Positions 39,954 to 49,715 of a DNA stretch of 64,000 nt are shown here, one piece after another (position 1 is the stretch's first letter; every line of letters begins with the position of its first letter). A program made the position numbers and the translations under genes. The notes beneath the pieces were generated by a model. It saw only the letters and a program-made list of their open reading frames with translations. It did not search any database and was not told where the DNA came from. The DNA comes from Terriglobia bacterium (GTDB lineage Bacteria > Acidobacteriota > Polarisedimenticolia > Polarisedimenticolales > JAIQFR01): positions 480,001-544,000 of the forward strand of contig CAVVHE010000008.1 in the NCBI GenBank assembly GCA_963748015.1, read 5' to 3'.

Positions 39954-41107
39954 TCCTCCGGCTCCGCTTCGGCACGACGATCCTCGCGGTGGCCCTCGCG
40001 GCCGGCGGCGCGGCCGCCGCGGAGCGGCCCGCGCTCGCGCTGGGCAAGGAGGTCGCGCGGGTCGAGGCGCCCGCGTTCCTCCTCCACGCCGGCGACGGCA
40101 GCGGCCGGCTCTTCGCCGGAGAGCGGGGAGGGAGGATCGTCGTCTTCGGCGGGGAGCTTCCGCGGCAGCAGGTTTTTCTGGACATCGCCTCCAGGGTGGA
40201 CCTGCCCGGGGGCGGTTTGCGCGCGGCGGCGTTCCCCTTCGACTTCGCGGACAAGCGGAGTCTCTACGTGTCCTACGTCGGGAAGGAGAAGGACCTCGTC
40301 GTCTCGCGGTTCCGGCTCGTCCAGGGAGGGGATGCCGCCGATCCCGCGACGGAAACGGTGCTGCTCCGCGTGCCGCGGGCGGGAGGCGAGCGGCCGGGCG
40401 GCGGCCTCGCCTTCGGCCCCGACGGCAAGTTGTGCGTCGGAGTCGGAGAGGGAGCGGCGGCGAAGAAGAGCCGCGGGGAGGCCCAGAGCCTCGCCTCGCT
40501 GCTGGGGAAGATCCTGCGCATCGACGTGGAATCGAGCGCGAAACCCTACGGGGTTCCCGTCGACAACCCCTTCGCGAAGACCGCGGGGGCGCGCCCGGAG
40601 ATCTGGGCCAGGGGCCTCGGCAATCCGTCCTGGCTCACGTTCGACCCGAGGACGGGCGACCTCGTCGTCACGGACGCGCTGGGCGCGCGGCACGAGGAGC
40701 TCGACGTCCTGCCCGGCACGAGCCTGGGTGGCGAGAACTACGGCTGGAACGTGCTCGACGGAACCGACTGCCGGGCCAAGGATCCCTGCGACAAGGCCGG
40801 TTTCGCCATGCCGGCGGCGGTCTTCCCCCGATCGAAGGGTTGCGAACTGGGCCCAGGAGTGATCGCGCGCGGCGGGACCTATCCGGAGATCGAGGGCGAT
40901 TACGTTTTTGGAGGCGACTGTTCGACGCGCCTCAAGGGAATCCGCAGGACCGAGGCCGGAGGCTGGGAGAGCCGCGATCTCTTCGACGCGGGAATCCGCC
41001 TTTCCGCCGTCGGGGCCGGAGAAAACGGGGTGATTTTCGTCGCGGATCGTCGTACAGGAAAGGTGTACGAGGTCCGGCCGGCGACTGACTCCGGCGGCAC
41101 TCGATAG
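39950..41107 (+). CDS. PQQ-dependent sugar (glucose/sorbosone) dehydrogenase-like protein with degenerate motifs
   Basis: ATGA overlap with cusA; LAFGPDG, LLGKILRIDV, DNPF, RPEIWA and GENYGW motifs. Confidence 0.8.
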   Translation: MILRLRFGTTILAVALAAGGAAAAERPALALGKEVARVEAPAFLLHAGDGSGRLFAGERGGRIVVFGGELPRQQVFLDIASRVDLPGGGLRAAAFPFDFADKRSLYVSYVGKEKDLVVSRFRLVQGGDAADPATETVLLRVPRAGGERPGGGLAFGPDGKLCVGVGEGAAAKKSRGEAQSLASLLGKILRIDVESSAKPYGVPVDNPFAKTAGARPEIWARGLGNPSWLTFDPRTGDLVVTDALGARHEELDVLPGTSLGGENYGWNVLDGTDCRAKDPCDKAGFAMPAAVFPRSKGCELGPGVIARGGTYPEIEGDYVFGGDCSTRLKGIRRTEAGGWESRDLFDAGIRLSAVGAGENGVIFVADRRTGKVYEVRPATDSGGTR

Positions 41108-41120
41108 GTGGAAACGCGGA

Positions 41121-44100
41121 TTGGGCTCACTCGGGAAGAGTCTGGGCGCGGTTTTGTGCGCCATGGCCATTGCGAGCGGTGGGGTCGTGTCGGCCGCTCC
41201 GGCCGGGCGGCTCTCGCTCGACGAGCGGATCGCCGCGCAGCGGGCCATCGAAAGCGTTTTCTGGGAGCACCGGACCTGGCCCGCCGAGAACGCCGGAGCG
41301 AAGCCGCCGCTCGAGAGCCTGCTGCCGGATGAGGCGATTCGAGCGAAGGTCCTCGAGGGCCTCGCGTACTCCGAGGCCCTCGAGAAGTTCTGGGGCCGCC
41401 CGCTGACGCCGGAGCAGCTTCGCGCCGAGGTGGAGCGGATGGCCGGCGCGACGCGGGATCCCGCCACGCTGCAGGAGCTGTTCGCCGCGCTGGGAAGCGA
41501 CCCGGAGCGGATCGCGGAGTGCCTCGCCCGTCCCGCGCTCGCGGAGCGGCTCGTCCGGAGCGGGTACGCCTCGGACGCGAGCTTCCACGCCGCCGTCCGC
41601 CGTCGCGCTGAACAGGCCGTGGCGGGCGCCCTCGCGCCCGGCTCGCTGAGAGCGCTGGGCGCGGAGTACGCCGAGACCACCTGGGTGGAGAACGCTCGGG
41701 GTTCCGCCGGGGCGGTCGCGAGACGGGCGGGCGAGGTGGCGGTCGAGTCGAAGGAAGAATGGGGCCGGCTCACCGCGCGGCTCGCGGGCTGGTTCGGGCT
41801 CCACCCGTCGAGAGGAGGGCGAAGGGGCGATCCGCGCTTCGCGGTCCGACAGAAGCAGGCGGCCGGGATGGATCGCCTCCCCGAAGATCGCATCAGTCCC
41901 CTGCAGGAGGCCGAGGACCGCTACTTCGTCGCCGGCGTCCTTCGAGCCGCCCCGGGACGCGTCACCGTAGCGACCGCGAGCTGGCCCAAGCGCGGCTTCG
42001 AGGATTGGTGGGGCGAGGTTCGAGACGCTCTCGTGAGGGACGCCCTGGCGCGGCCCGAGGGTGCGATGCTCCCGGTTCTCGGCGCCCAGGGCGAGCTACC
42101 CGCGATCACGGGTGCGGCCTGTACGGACGATCGGTGGGCCGGCATTCGCACCGGCGAGGTCCCCGAGGAGAGGGACTCGCACACGGCGGTGTGGACGGGG
42201 ACCGAGATGATCGTCTGGGGTGGCTCCGGCCTGGCCGGAGCGCTGAGCTCCGGCGGCCGCTACAACCCGGCCACCGACACGTGGACGCCGACGCCTGTCG
42301 ACGCCAACACGCCGGTGCCGCGCTGGAACCACACGGCGGTCTGGACCGGCACCGAGATGATCGTCTGGGGCGGCTTCAGCGGCTGGGACGACACGGACAC
42401 CGGCGGAAGGTACAACCCCACGACCGGCGCGTGGACCGCGACGTCCGTGGGCAGCGGCGTCCCGCCGATCCGGGAAAGCCACACCGCGGTGTGGACCGGC
42501 AGCGAGATGATCGTGTGGGGAGGGGATTCGGTCCTGGTGGGCTTCCTGAACACGGGAGGCCGCTACGCGCCGTCCACCGACTCCTGGACGCCGACCTCGG
42601 GGGGCGGCAACGTTCCCTCGGTGCGGTCTCTCCACACGGCGGTGTGGACCGGGACCGAGATGATCGTGTGGGGAGGCTCGAACGACCTCGGCTTCACGAA
42701 CACCGGCGGCCGGTACGATCCCGTGGGAGATTCGTGGACGCCGACCGGCATCGGTGCGGCCGTTCCCTCCGCGCGCAGCCATCACAGCGCCGTCTGGACA
42801 GGCAGCGAGATGATCGTGTGGGGCGGGTCTTCCGGAGCGGGGCACCTGAACAGCGGCGCGCGCTACCGGTTGTCGCCCGAGGGATGGGCCCCGATGTCCG
42901 CCGGCGCCAACACGCCCTCCGCGCGCTATCTGCAGACGGCCGTGTGGACCGGGGGCGAGATGATCGTCTGGGGCGGCTTCAGCGGGACGAGGTACGTCGC
43001 CACGGGAGGCCGGTACAACCCGCTGTCCGATACCTGGGCCGCGACGGCGAACGGGGCGGCGGCGCCCGCCACGCGCGGATACCACACCACCGTCTGGACC
43101 GGCACCGAGATGATCGTCTGGGGCGGCTACTTCTACGACGGCTCCGATCACGTGCTGGACTCGGGAGGGCGGTACGACCCCGGAACGGACGCGTGGACGC
43201 CGACGACGGCCTGGTCCGACCGGCGAAGACTGCACACCGCGGTCTGGACCGGCAGCGAGATGATCGTCTGGGGCGGGGAGCGCTCGCATCTGCCCGCGCC
43301 CGCGTTCCGCCTCGCCAGCGGAGGCCGCTACGTGCCCGCCACCGACTCCTGGCGGTCCACCTCGATGGGCGCGGGCGTTCCCGCCCCCCGGCAGTATCAC
43401 ACTGCGGTCTGGACCGGCGCGGAGATGATCGTCTGGGGTGGATCCAATCCGCCGTCCGCCGAGTACAACACGGGAGGCCGCTACGACCCGGTGCACGACT
43501 CCTGGACGGCGACCTCGACGGGCACCGGAACCCCGGCGGCGCGGGACACGCACGCCGCCGTGTGGACCGGGACCGAGATGATCGTGTGGGGAGGATGGGA
43601 CGGCTTCAGCTCCTTCGGCACGGGGGGGCGCTACGTCCCGTCTTCGAACACCTGGACGCCGACCGCTACCGGCCCGCAGGGACGCTTCGCCCACACCGCC
43701 GTGTGGAGCGGGAGCGAGATGATCGTCTGGGGAGGCGAGAACTACACCTGGGGAGGAACGGCCACCTGGCTGAACAGCGGCGGCCGCTATGCGCCGGCGA
43801 CGAACACCTGGAGCTCGACGCCGTCCGACGCGAGCACGCCGGCGGCGCGCGCGTGGCACGTCGCGGTCTGGGCCGGCGACCGGATGATCGTCTGGGGTGG
43901 CCGCGACGGAGCGATCCTTCCACGATACCGGCGGGAGCTACGTGCCCGGTGCGATGTCCTTCACGCCGACGAGCGCCGGCGCCGGCGTGCCTTCTCCCCG
44001 GGCGTACGCGGCCGCGGTCTGGACCGGCGCCGAGATGGTCGTCTGGGGAGGCTCGTCCGGCGACGGCGCCGGGCAGCAATTCCTCGGCACCGGCGGGCGC

Positions 44101-44622
44101 TACGCCCCGTCCGGCGACCGATGGGTCCCGACCTCGACAGGGACGAGCGTTCCCTCGGCGCGCGACTCGCACACCGCGGTGTGGACGGGGAGCGAGCTGA
44201 TCGTCTGGGGCGGTCGCGACGCGGCCTCGAGTCTCGCCTCCGGGGGACGCTACTGCGCGGCGAGCTGCTCGTCGCCGGTGCCGACGGGGACGCCGCAGCT
44301 GAGCGTCACCGACGACAACGTCACCGCGACGATCTCGTGGGTCGGGGTGACGGGCGCGACCGGCTACGACCTCGCGCGCGGAGGGCTGGCTTCGCTGCGC
44401 GCGTCTTCCGGCAACTTCACCGTCGCCACCGACTCGTGCCTGCAGAACGACACGCCCTCGATGAGCGCCACCGATGCCGCCGCGCCGGCGGCGGGAGACG
44501 GCTTCTGGTACCTCGTGCGCGGCGCGAGCTGCGCCGGCCACGGCACGTACGATTCCGGCGCGCCGAGCCAGACGGGAAGCCGCGACGCGGAACTGGACGC
44601 CTCCGCGAACGGCTGTCCCTGA
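41121..44622 (+). CDS. Secreted Kelch-like repeat protein (14 repeats), apparent +1 frameshift near 43914
   Basis: 14 copies of R-x2-HTAVWTG(T/S)EMIVWGG...GGRY; the frame resumes as SFHDTGGSY after WGGRDGA. Confidence 0.85.
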
Positions 44623-44631
44623 TCGGGGCTC

Positions 44632-45798
44632 CTACTTCCTCGCAGCCTTCCCGAGCCGGCGGATCCCTTCCGCGAGCGTCTCGTCCTTCTTGCAGAAGGC
44701 GAAGCGCACGAGGTGGCGGAACGGCGCGGGGTCCTCGCAGAACGCCCCGACGGGGATCGCGGCCACCCCCGCGCGCGCGGGCAGCTCGCGGCAGAACCGG
44801 TCCGCGTCGTCGAAGCCGAGGGGACGCACGTCGGCGACCGCGAAGTAGGTTCCCGCGGGGCGGCGCACCTCGAAGCCGGCTTCCTCCAGCCCGTCGCAGA
44901 GGAGATCGCGCCGGGCGCGGTAGGCGGCGGCGAACTCGCGGAAGTAGGCATCGTCGGCCGCGAGCGCTCCCGCGATCGCGTGCTGGAACGGCGTCGCGGT
45001 GCAGAACGTCACGAACTGGTGGGCCGACCGGATCGCCGCCGAGAGCCCGGGCGGCGCGCACGCGAAGCCGACCTTCCAGCCGGTCAAGCTGAACGTCTTC
45101 CCCGACGAGGAGATCATGACCGTCCGCTCGCGCATCCCGGGGAGCGCCGCCAGCGGAACGTGCTCGCCCTCGAACACGAGGTGCTCGTACACCTCGTCGG
45201 TGACCGCGATCAGGTCCCGGTCGCGGCAGAGGGCGGCGATCGTCTCGAGCTCCGCGCGCGAGAAGACCTTCCCGAGCGGGTTCTGCGGCGTGTTCAGCAG
45301 GAGGAGGCGCGCCCGAGGTCCCGCGGCCCGCGAGAGCGCGTCCGGATCGAAGTCGAAGCCGGGCGGGACGAGAGGAACCGTTCGCACCGTCACCCCGGCG
45401 AGGGCGAGCGCAGGGCGATAGGAATCGTACGCGGGGTCGAAGACGATCGCCTCGTCCCCGGGCTCGCAGAGGGCGGAGAGGGTCGCGAAGAGCGCCTCGG
45501 TCGCGCCGGAGAAGACCGTGACCTCGGAGTCGGGGTCGTACTCGAGCCCGTAGAACCGCTTCCGGTGCGCGGCGACCGCGCGGTTCAGCGCGGGCAGGCC
45601 GGACGATCGGCAGTACTGGCTCTCCCCCGCGCGGATGGCCGCGATCGCGGCCTCCTTGACGAACGCGGGACCGTCGAAGTCCGGGAACCCCTGTCCCAGG
45701 TTGACCGCCCCGTGCTCGACGGCGAGGCGGGTCATCTCGGTGAAGATGCTCGTCCCGAACGGCGCCAGCCGCCTGTTGAGATACGGCCGAGAGCTCAT
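44632..45798 (-). CDS. PLP-dependent class I/II aminotransferase (YbdL/DapC-like)
   Basis: VNLGQGFPD, NTPQNPLG, DEVYEH and SSGKTFSLTGWKVG motifs. Confidence 0.93.
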   Translation of the reverse strand: MSSRPYLNRRLAPFGTSIFTEMTRLAVEHGAVNLGQGFPDFDGPAFVKEAAIAAIRAGESQYCRSSGLPALNRAVAAHRKRFYGLEYDPDSEVTVFSGATEALFATLSALCEPGDEAIVFDPAYDSYRPALALAGVTVRTVPLVPPGFDFDPDALSRAAGPRARLLLLNTPQNPLGKVFSRAELETIAALCRDRDLIAVTDEVYEHLVFEGEHVPLAALPGMRERTVMISSSGKTFSLTGWKVGFACAPPGLSAAIRSAHQFVTFCTATPFQHAIAGALAADDAYFREFAAAYRARRDLLCDGLEEAGFEVRRPAGTYFAVADVRPLGFDDADRFCRELPARAGVAAIPVGAFCEDPAPFRHLVRFAFCKKDETLAEGIRRLGKAARK

Positions 45799-45828
45799 CG
45801 GTGCACCCTCCGCTCCACCGTGATGCGA

Positions 45829-45982
45829 GCCGGCCGTCCGCGGTCGAGTTCGGCCCGCGCGGCACGCGGCGGCGTTGCGCGGCGCAAGTCGCCGCGCAAC
45901 CGGAGCGGGGCGGCGCGGCGACGTCTCGCCGCGCGGCGCCGAAGCGTGCCGCGCGGGCCGAACTCGAGCGCGGACGGCCGGC
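45829..45982. repeat. 154-bp T-shaped nested palindrome
   Basis: 39-bp terminal inverted repeat with 1 mismatch, enclosing two perfect hairpins of 11 and 9 bp. Confidence 0.85.
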
Positions 45983-46005
45983 GACTCGAACCGCGAGGCT
46001 GGGTC

Positions 46006-48186
46006 CTACTTGCTCCCCATCTCGGACAGGATGTGCGTCGCGGCGTCCACCTCGGTCATGACCCAGTACACGTAGCGAACGTCCACGAGGATCGAGCGCG
46101 TGCGCACCGGGTCGAAGACGATGTCGGAGCCGACCGTGTCGAAGGTGCCGTCGAAGAGCAGGCCGACCAGCTCTCCCTTGGCGTTCAGGGCGGGGGAGCC
46201 GGAGTTGCCGCCCGTGGTGTCCACCGTGGCCAGGAAGTTCACCGGCACGTTCCCGAGCTTGGGGCTGGCGTAGGGCGACGTCTTGCCGGACTTGAACGCG
46301 GCGATCGCGTCGAGCTCCTTCTTGGGCGCGTTGAAGTCTCCCTTGCCGGTGTGCTTCTCCGCGATGCCGTAGAGCGTGGTCTGCGGGAGGTACATCAGGC
46401 CGTCGTGCTCCTCGACCCCTTCGACCTTGCCGAACGTGACGCGGAGCGTGCCGTTGGCGTCGGGGGCGAGGGCGCCGCCCGAGAACTCGAGGAGCGCGCG
46501 GATGTAGGTCGGCATGAGGCGCGAGCGGAGGCCCTCGTTCTTCTTGCCGCGCTCCTCGACCTCGTCCGTCGCAGGGTAGAGCTTGACGGCCAGGTCGATG
46601 AAGCTGTCCTTCGTCGCGGTCACATCGGCGGTGGACTTGTCGAGGAGGCCGATGCGTGTCGCCATGTCGTCGAGCTTCGTCCCGGCGTACATCTTGTCCA
46701 GGAACGCGTCGATCGCCTTCCCCGCGTCGGACTCGCTCATGCCGACCGCGAGGCCGGCGGCCTCGTCCACGACCGCGAGGCGCTGGTCGGCGGGGAGACG
46801 CGCCGCGTCGAGCAGCGCATACCGGAACAGGGCGCGGTCCGCCTTGAGGTCGAGCGTCTTCTGCTGGCGCTCCTCCCGCTCGCGGATCCGCTGCCAGTTG
46901 CGCTCCTGGTACTCGGGCTGCCGGTCGATGTCCGCCTTGGCCCGCTCGAGCGACAGCTTGTAGGCCGTCCGCGCCGAGCCGAGGAGCGCCGAGCCCCCGG
47001 CCGCCCCGCGCAGGGCGGCGTCGCGCTCGCGGGTCTTCATCTCCTCGGCCATCAGGGCGTTCAAGGCCGGGAGCGCGTCGCCGAACTCCTTCTGCCGCTT
47101 GGAGTCGGCGGCGATCCACGCGGTGAGGGCCTTCTCCTGCTTCTCCTTCGTCGCAAGGAGGTCGGCCTGGAGGAGTCCCTTGAGCGTGCCGCGGTTCTTC
47201 GTGAGGCCGTTGTTGAGCCCCCGGACGCGGTTGGCGACCTTGATCTTCGTGTCGGGGTTCTCGCGCGACAGGCCGTCGAGGATCGCGAGCTGGTCCTCGG
47301 AGCGCCTGATGTTCCGCGGCAGCGACCACTCGGTCATCTGCTTGATCGCGGCGTAGGTCTCCATCCTGCGGGTCGCCCCCGGGTAGCCGACGACGAAGAG
47401 CGGGTCGCCGGGGTCGACGCCCTTCGGGTCCGTCTTGAGCCAGTACTTCGGGCGGTAGGGGACGTTGTCCTTGGAGTACGCGGCAGCCTTGCCGTCCTTC
47501 GAGACGTACGCGCGGTAGAAGCCGAAGTCCCCCGTGTGCCGCGGCCACTGCCAGTTGTCGGTCTCGCCGCCGTACGAGCCGATGCCCGCCGCGGGCGTGT
47601 ACACGAGCCGCATGTCCTGGATCTCGAGCTGGGCGATCTCGTAGTAACGATACCCCTCGAAGAAGCTGGCGACGCGGCAGCGAAGGCCGTCCTTCTCGCA
47701 CGCCTTCACGCGCTCCTTGGTCCGCCGCTCGATCAGGTCGTACCGCGCGCGGTCGTCGAGCTTCGGGTCGATCTTCCCCGTGATCTCGTCGGTAACCTCC
47801 TTGAACGAGAGGGTCACGTACGCGCGGCTCCCGGGGCCCGCCCAGAGCTCCTCGTCCCGCGTCTTGGCGAGATAACCGTCCTCGAGGAGGTTCCGCGCGG
47901 GGGTCGAGTTGTACTGCAGGGCGCCGGTGACGCAGTGCTGGTTGGTGACGATCAGCCCGTCGGGGGAGACGAACGAGGCGCTACACCCGCCGAGCGAGAC
48001 GACCGCGCCCATCGGATAGCCCGTGAGGTCGGCGAAGGTCTTGGGATTCCCCTTGAAGCCGATGGCCTCGAGCTGCTTCTTGAGCTCGGGGAGCTGCTGC
48101 GGCATCCACATGCCCTCGTCGGCGAGGGCGAGACCGGAGAACAGGAAGATGGCGAGAAGAGCGGTCAGGGACCGGAAGACTCTCAC
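46006..48186 (-). CDS. S46 family dipeptidyl peptidase
   Basis: GGGAGG RBS before GTG; ADEGMW, TNQHC, DNWQWPRHTGDF and DTTGGNSGSP motifs. Confidence 0.95.
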   Translation of the reverse strand: MRVFRSLTALLAIFLFSGLALADEGMWMPQQLPELKKQLEAIGFKGNPKTFADLTGYPMGAVVSLGGCSASFVSPDGLIVTNQHCVTGALQYNSTPARNLLEDGYLAKTRDEELWAGPGSRAYVTLSFKEVTDEITGKIDPKLDDRARYDLIERRTKERVKACEKDGLRCRVASFFEGYRYYEIAQLEIQDMRLVYTPAAGIGSYGGETDNWQWPRHTGDFGFYRAYVSKDGKAAAYSKDNVPYRPKYWLKTDPKGVDPGDPLFVVGYPGATRRMETYAAIKQMTEWSLPRNIRRSEDQLAILDGLSRENPDTKIKVANRVRGLNNGLTKNRGTLKGLLQADLLATKEKQEKALTAWIAADSKRQKEFGDALPALNALMAEEMKTRERDAALRGAAGGSALLGSARTAYKLSLERAKADIDRQPEYQERNWQRIREREERQQKTLDLKADRALFRYALLDAARLPADQRLAVVDEAAGLAVGMSESDAGKAIDAFLDKMYAGTKLDDMATRIGLLDKSTADVTATKDSFIDLAVKLYPATDEVEERGKKNEGLRSRLMPTYIRALLEFSGGALAPDANGTLRVTFGKVEGVEEHDGLMYLPQTTLYGIAEKHTGKGDFNAPKKELDAIAAFKSGKTSPYASPKLGNVPVNFLATVDTTGGNSGSPALNAKGELVGLLFDGTFDTVGSDIVFDPVRTRSILVDVRYVYWVMTEVDAATHILSEMGSK

Positions 48187-48227
48187 GGGGACCTCCCAGG
48201 GAGTAGGGTGGTCGCTCATTCTTGCAC

Positions 48228-48266
48228 AAAAGAAAGGCCCCCGCGCCCGGGGGGGACGCGGGGGCC
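48228..48266 (-). terminator. Intrinsic terminator after the ScyD/ScyE gene
   Basis: On the minus strand GGCCCCCGCG...CGCGGGGGCC is followed by TTTCTTTT. Confidence 0.7.
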
Positions 48267-48305
48267 CCGATCCGCCCGGACGGCCCGCGGCCGCCCGGGG
48301 GAAGG

Positions 48306-49496
48306 TCAATGGAGTGACACTCTTACGACCGCGCCGGTGTTCGGCTCGAAGGTCAGAGAGTTGACGGAGACGTACATCCTGCCGTCCGGGCCGGTCGCGA
48401 TACCGCCGGGGAACGGAAGCTGGCCGCCGCCGAAGCGGTCGAGCGTCGTCGGCTCGTGGAACGGGATGCGGACGATGTCGCCGGGAGGACCGGCCTCGTT
48501 CGGCTGGAACATCTCGGTCGCCCAGAAGCTCCCGCGCTCGTCGAAGGCGCAGGCGGTGACCGTCGTGAGGCCGGTCGCCCAGAGGTGGGCGGCGCCGATG
48601 AAGTCCTCGTGGGTGTCCGGGTCGATGCGCCACACGTCGGACTGGCCCGGGTTGTCCCCGAAACCGTTCTTGAACAGGTTGAGGGTGCCGACGTACAGTG
48701 CCCCGTCGGGCCCTTGCGCGATGCAGGTCGGGGTCGAGTCGCGCACGCCGTCGTTGGGAACGTAGGCGATCACGCGGTTCGAGCCGTCCGCCTCGACCTC
48801 GCTGATCGTGTTGGCGCCGGCGTCGGCCACGAAAATCCGAGGTTTGCCCGAGCGGCGCTCCTTCGTGACCAGCACGCCGTACGGGTTGGAATCGGGCAGC
48901 TCCTCCCAGAGGCTCGAGTGGTCCGCTCCCCACTGGTAGAGCTGGTCTCCCACGTCGCTCAACTCGGTAGTGGACCCATTTCCTGGATTCAGCTTGTAGA
49001 GGTGGCCGAGCTGGGGCGGGGCTGGCACATCGGGGTTGTCCGCCTCGAAGCCGCGCACGGATTCCGCGATGATCGTGACGAGAGCGCAACCGTTGCGCTC
49101 TCCGGGGCTGTTCTTCATGCAGCCGTTGCCGAAGGCGGACACGCCCGAGGGGCCGACCACCTCGGGGATCCCGTTCTCGTTGGTGTAGAGCGCGTCGAAA
49201 GAGGTGGACCAGGCCTTGCGCTGGCCGCGCGTTCCGGGGTTCACCCACTTCGACACGTTTCCGGTCGTGACGCCATGCTGCGGATCGGGGCCGGTGCCGA
49301 TGTACATGCCGGCCTCGGCCACGTACAGGTTGCCCTTCGCGTCTACGGCGACGCCGCGGGGATTGTTCAATCCCGTCACGACGGGCGTGACCGTCGGGGC
49401 GGGGGATGAAGCGCCGGCGGCGTGCGCCGCGACGCTGCAGAGGACGACCGAAGCGACAACCGCTGCTCCGCCGAGCAGCCCCTTCCACTTCTCCAC
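48306..49496 (-). CDS. ScyD/ScyE family secreted beta-propeller protein
   Basis: GLNNPRG, LYVAEAG, DSNPYGV, DAGAN and PT...GPDGALYVG motifs. Confidence 0.85.
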   Translation of the reverse strand: MEKWKGLLGGAAVVASVVLCSVAAHAAGASSPAPTVTPVVTGLNNPRGVAVDAKGNLYVAEAGMYIGTGPDPQHGVTTGNVSKWVNPGTRGQRKAWSTSFDALYTNENGIPEVVGPSGVSAFGNGCMKNSPGERNGCALVTIIAESVRGFEADNPDVPAPPQLGHLYKLNPGNGSTTELSDVGDQLYQWGADHSSLWEELPDSNPYGVLVTKERRSGKPRIFVADAGANTISEVEADGSNRVIAYVPNDGVRDSTPTCIAQGPDGALYVGTLNLFKNGFGDNPGQSDVWRIDPDTHEDFIGAAHLWATGLTTVTACAFDERGSFWATEMFQPNEAGPPGDIVRIPFHEPTTLDRFGGGQLPFPGGIATGPDGRMYVSVNSLTFEPNTGAVVRVSLH

Positions 49497-49715
49497 GATG
49501 CACCTCCGAGGGTGAAGGGCGGAGGAGCGTGCGAGGCCCCGTCCCGCCCGAGTTGTCTAGGGTCCGACCTCTCCGATAGTGGACTCTTCTTGTCTGTTGT
49601 CAAAAAAGGAGACGTGACCCAAGTCTCTTCGGGCAAAACGGTCACTTCCCGAGGTGGGCGGGACGGAAAACTCGGAAATCGCCGGTGGCTTGCAGGACGG
49701 CCGGGGGCCGGGGGA

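Noticed and set aside
42170..44250. Regularly spaced conserved DNA (CACAC.GCGGT.TGGAC.GG...GAGATGATCGT.TGGGG) resembling a CRISPR array
   Set aside because: These are in-frame Kelch repeat codons with third-position variation and ~150-bp periodicity; no cas genes are present.
44713..48765. Very long antisense or alternative-frame ORFs (also 36594-39908, 15806-17998, 476-2590)
   Set aside because: They are Arg/Gly/Ala/Pro-rich with no motifs and lie opposite well-supported genes, as expected at this GC content.
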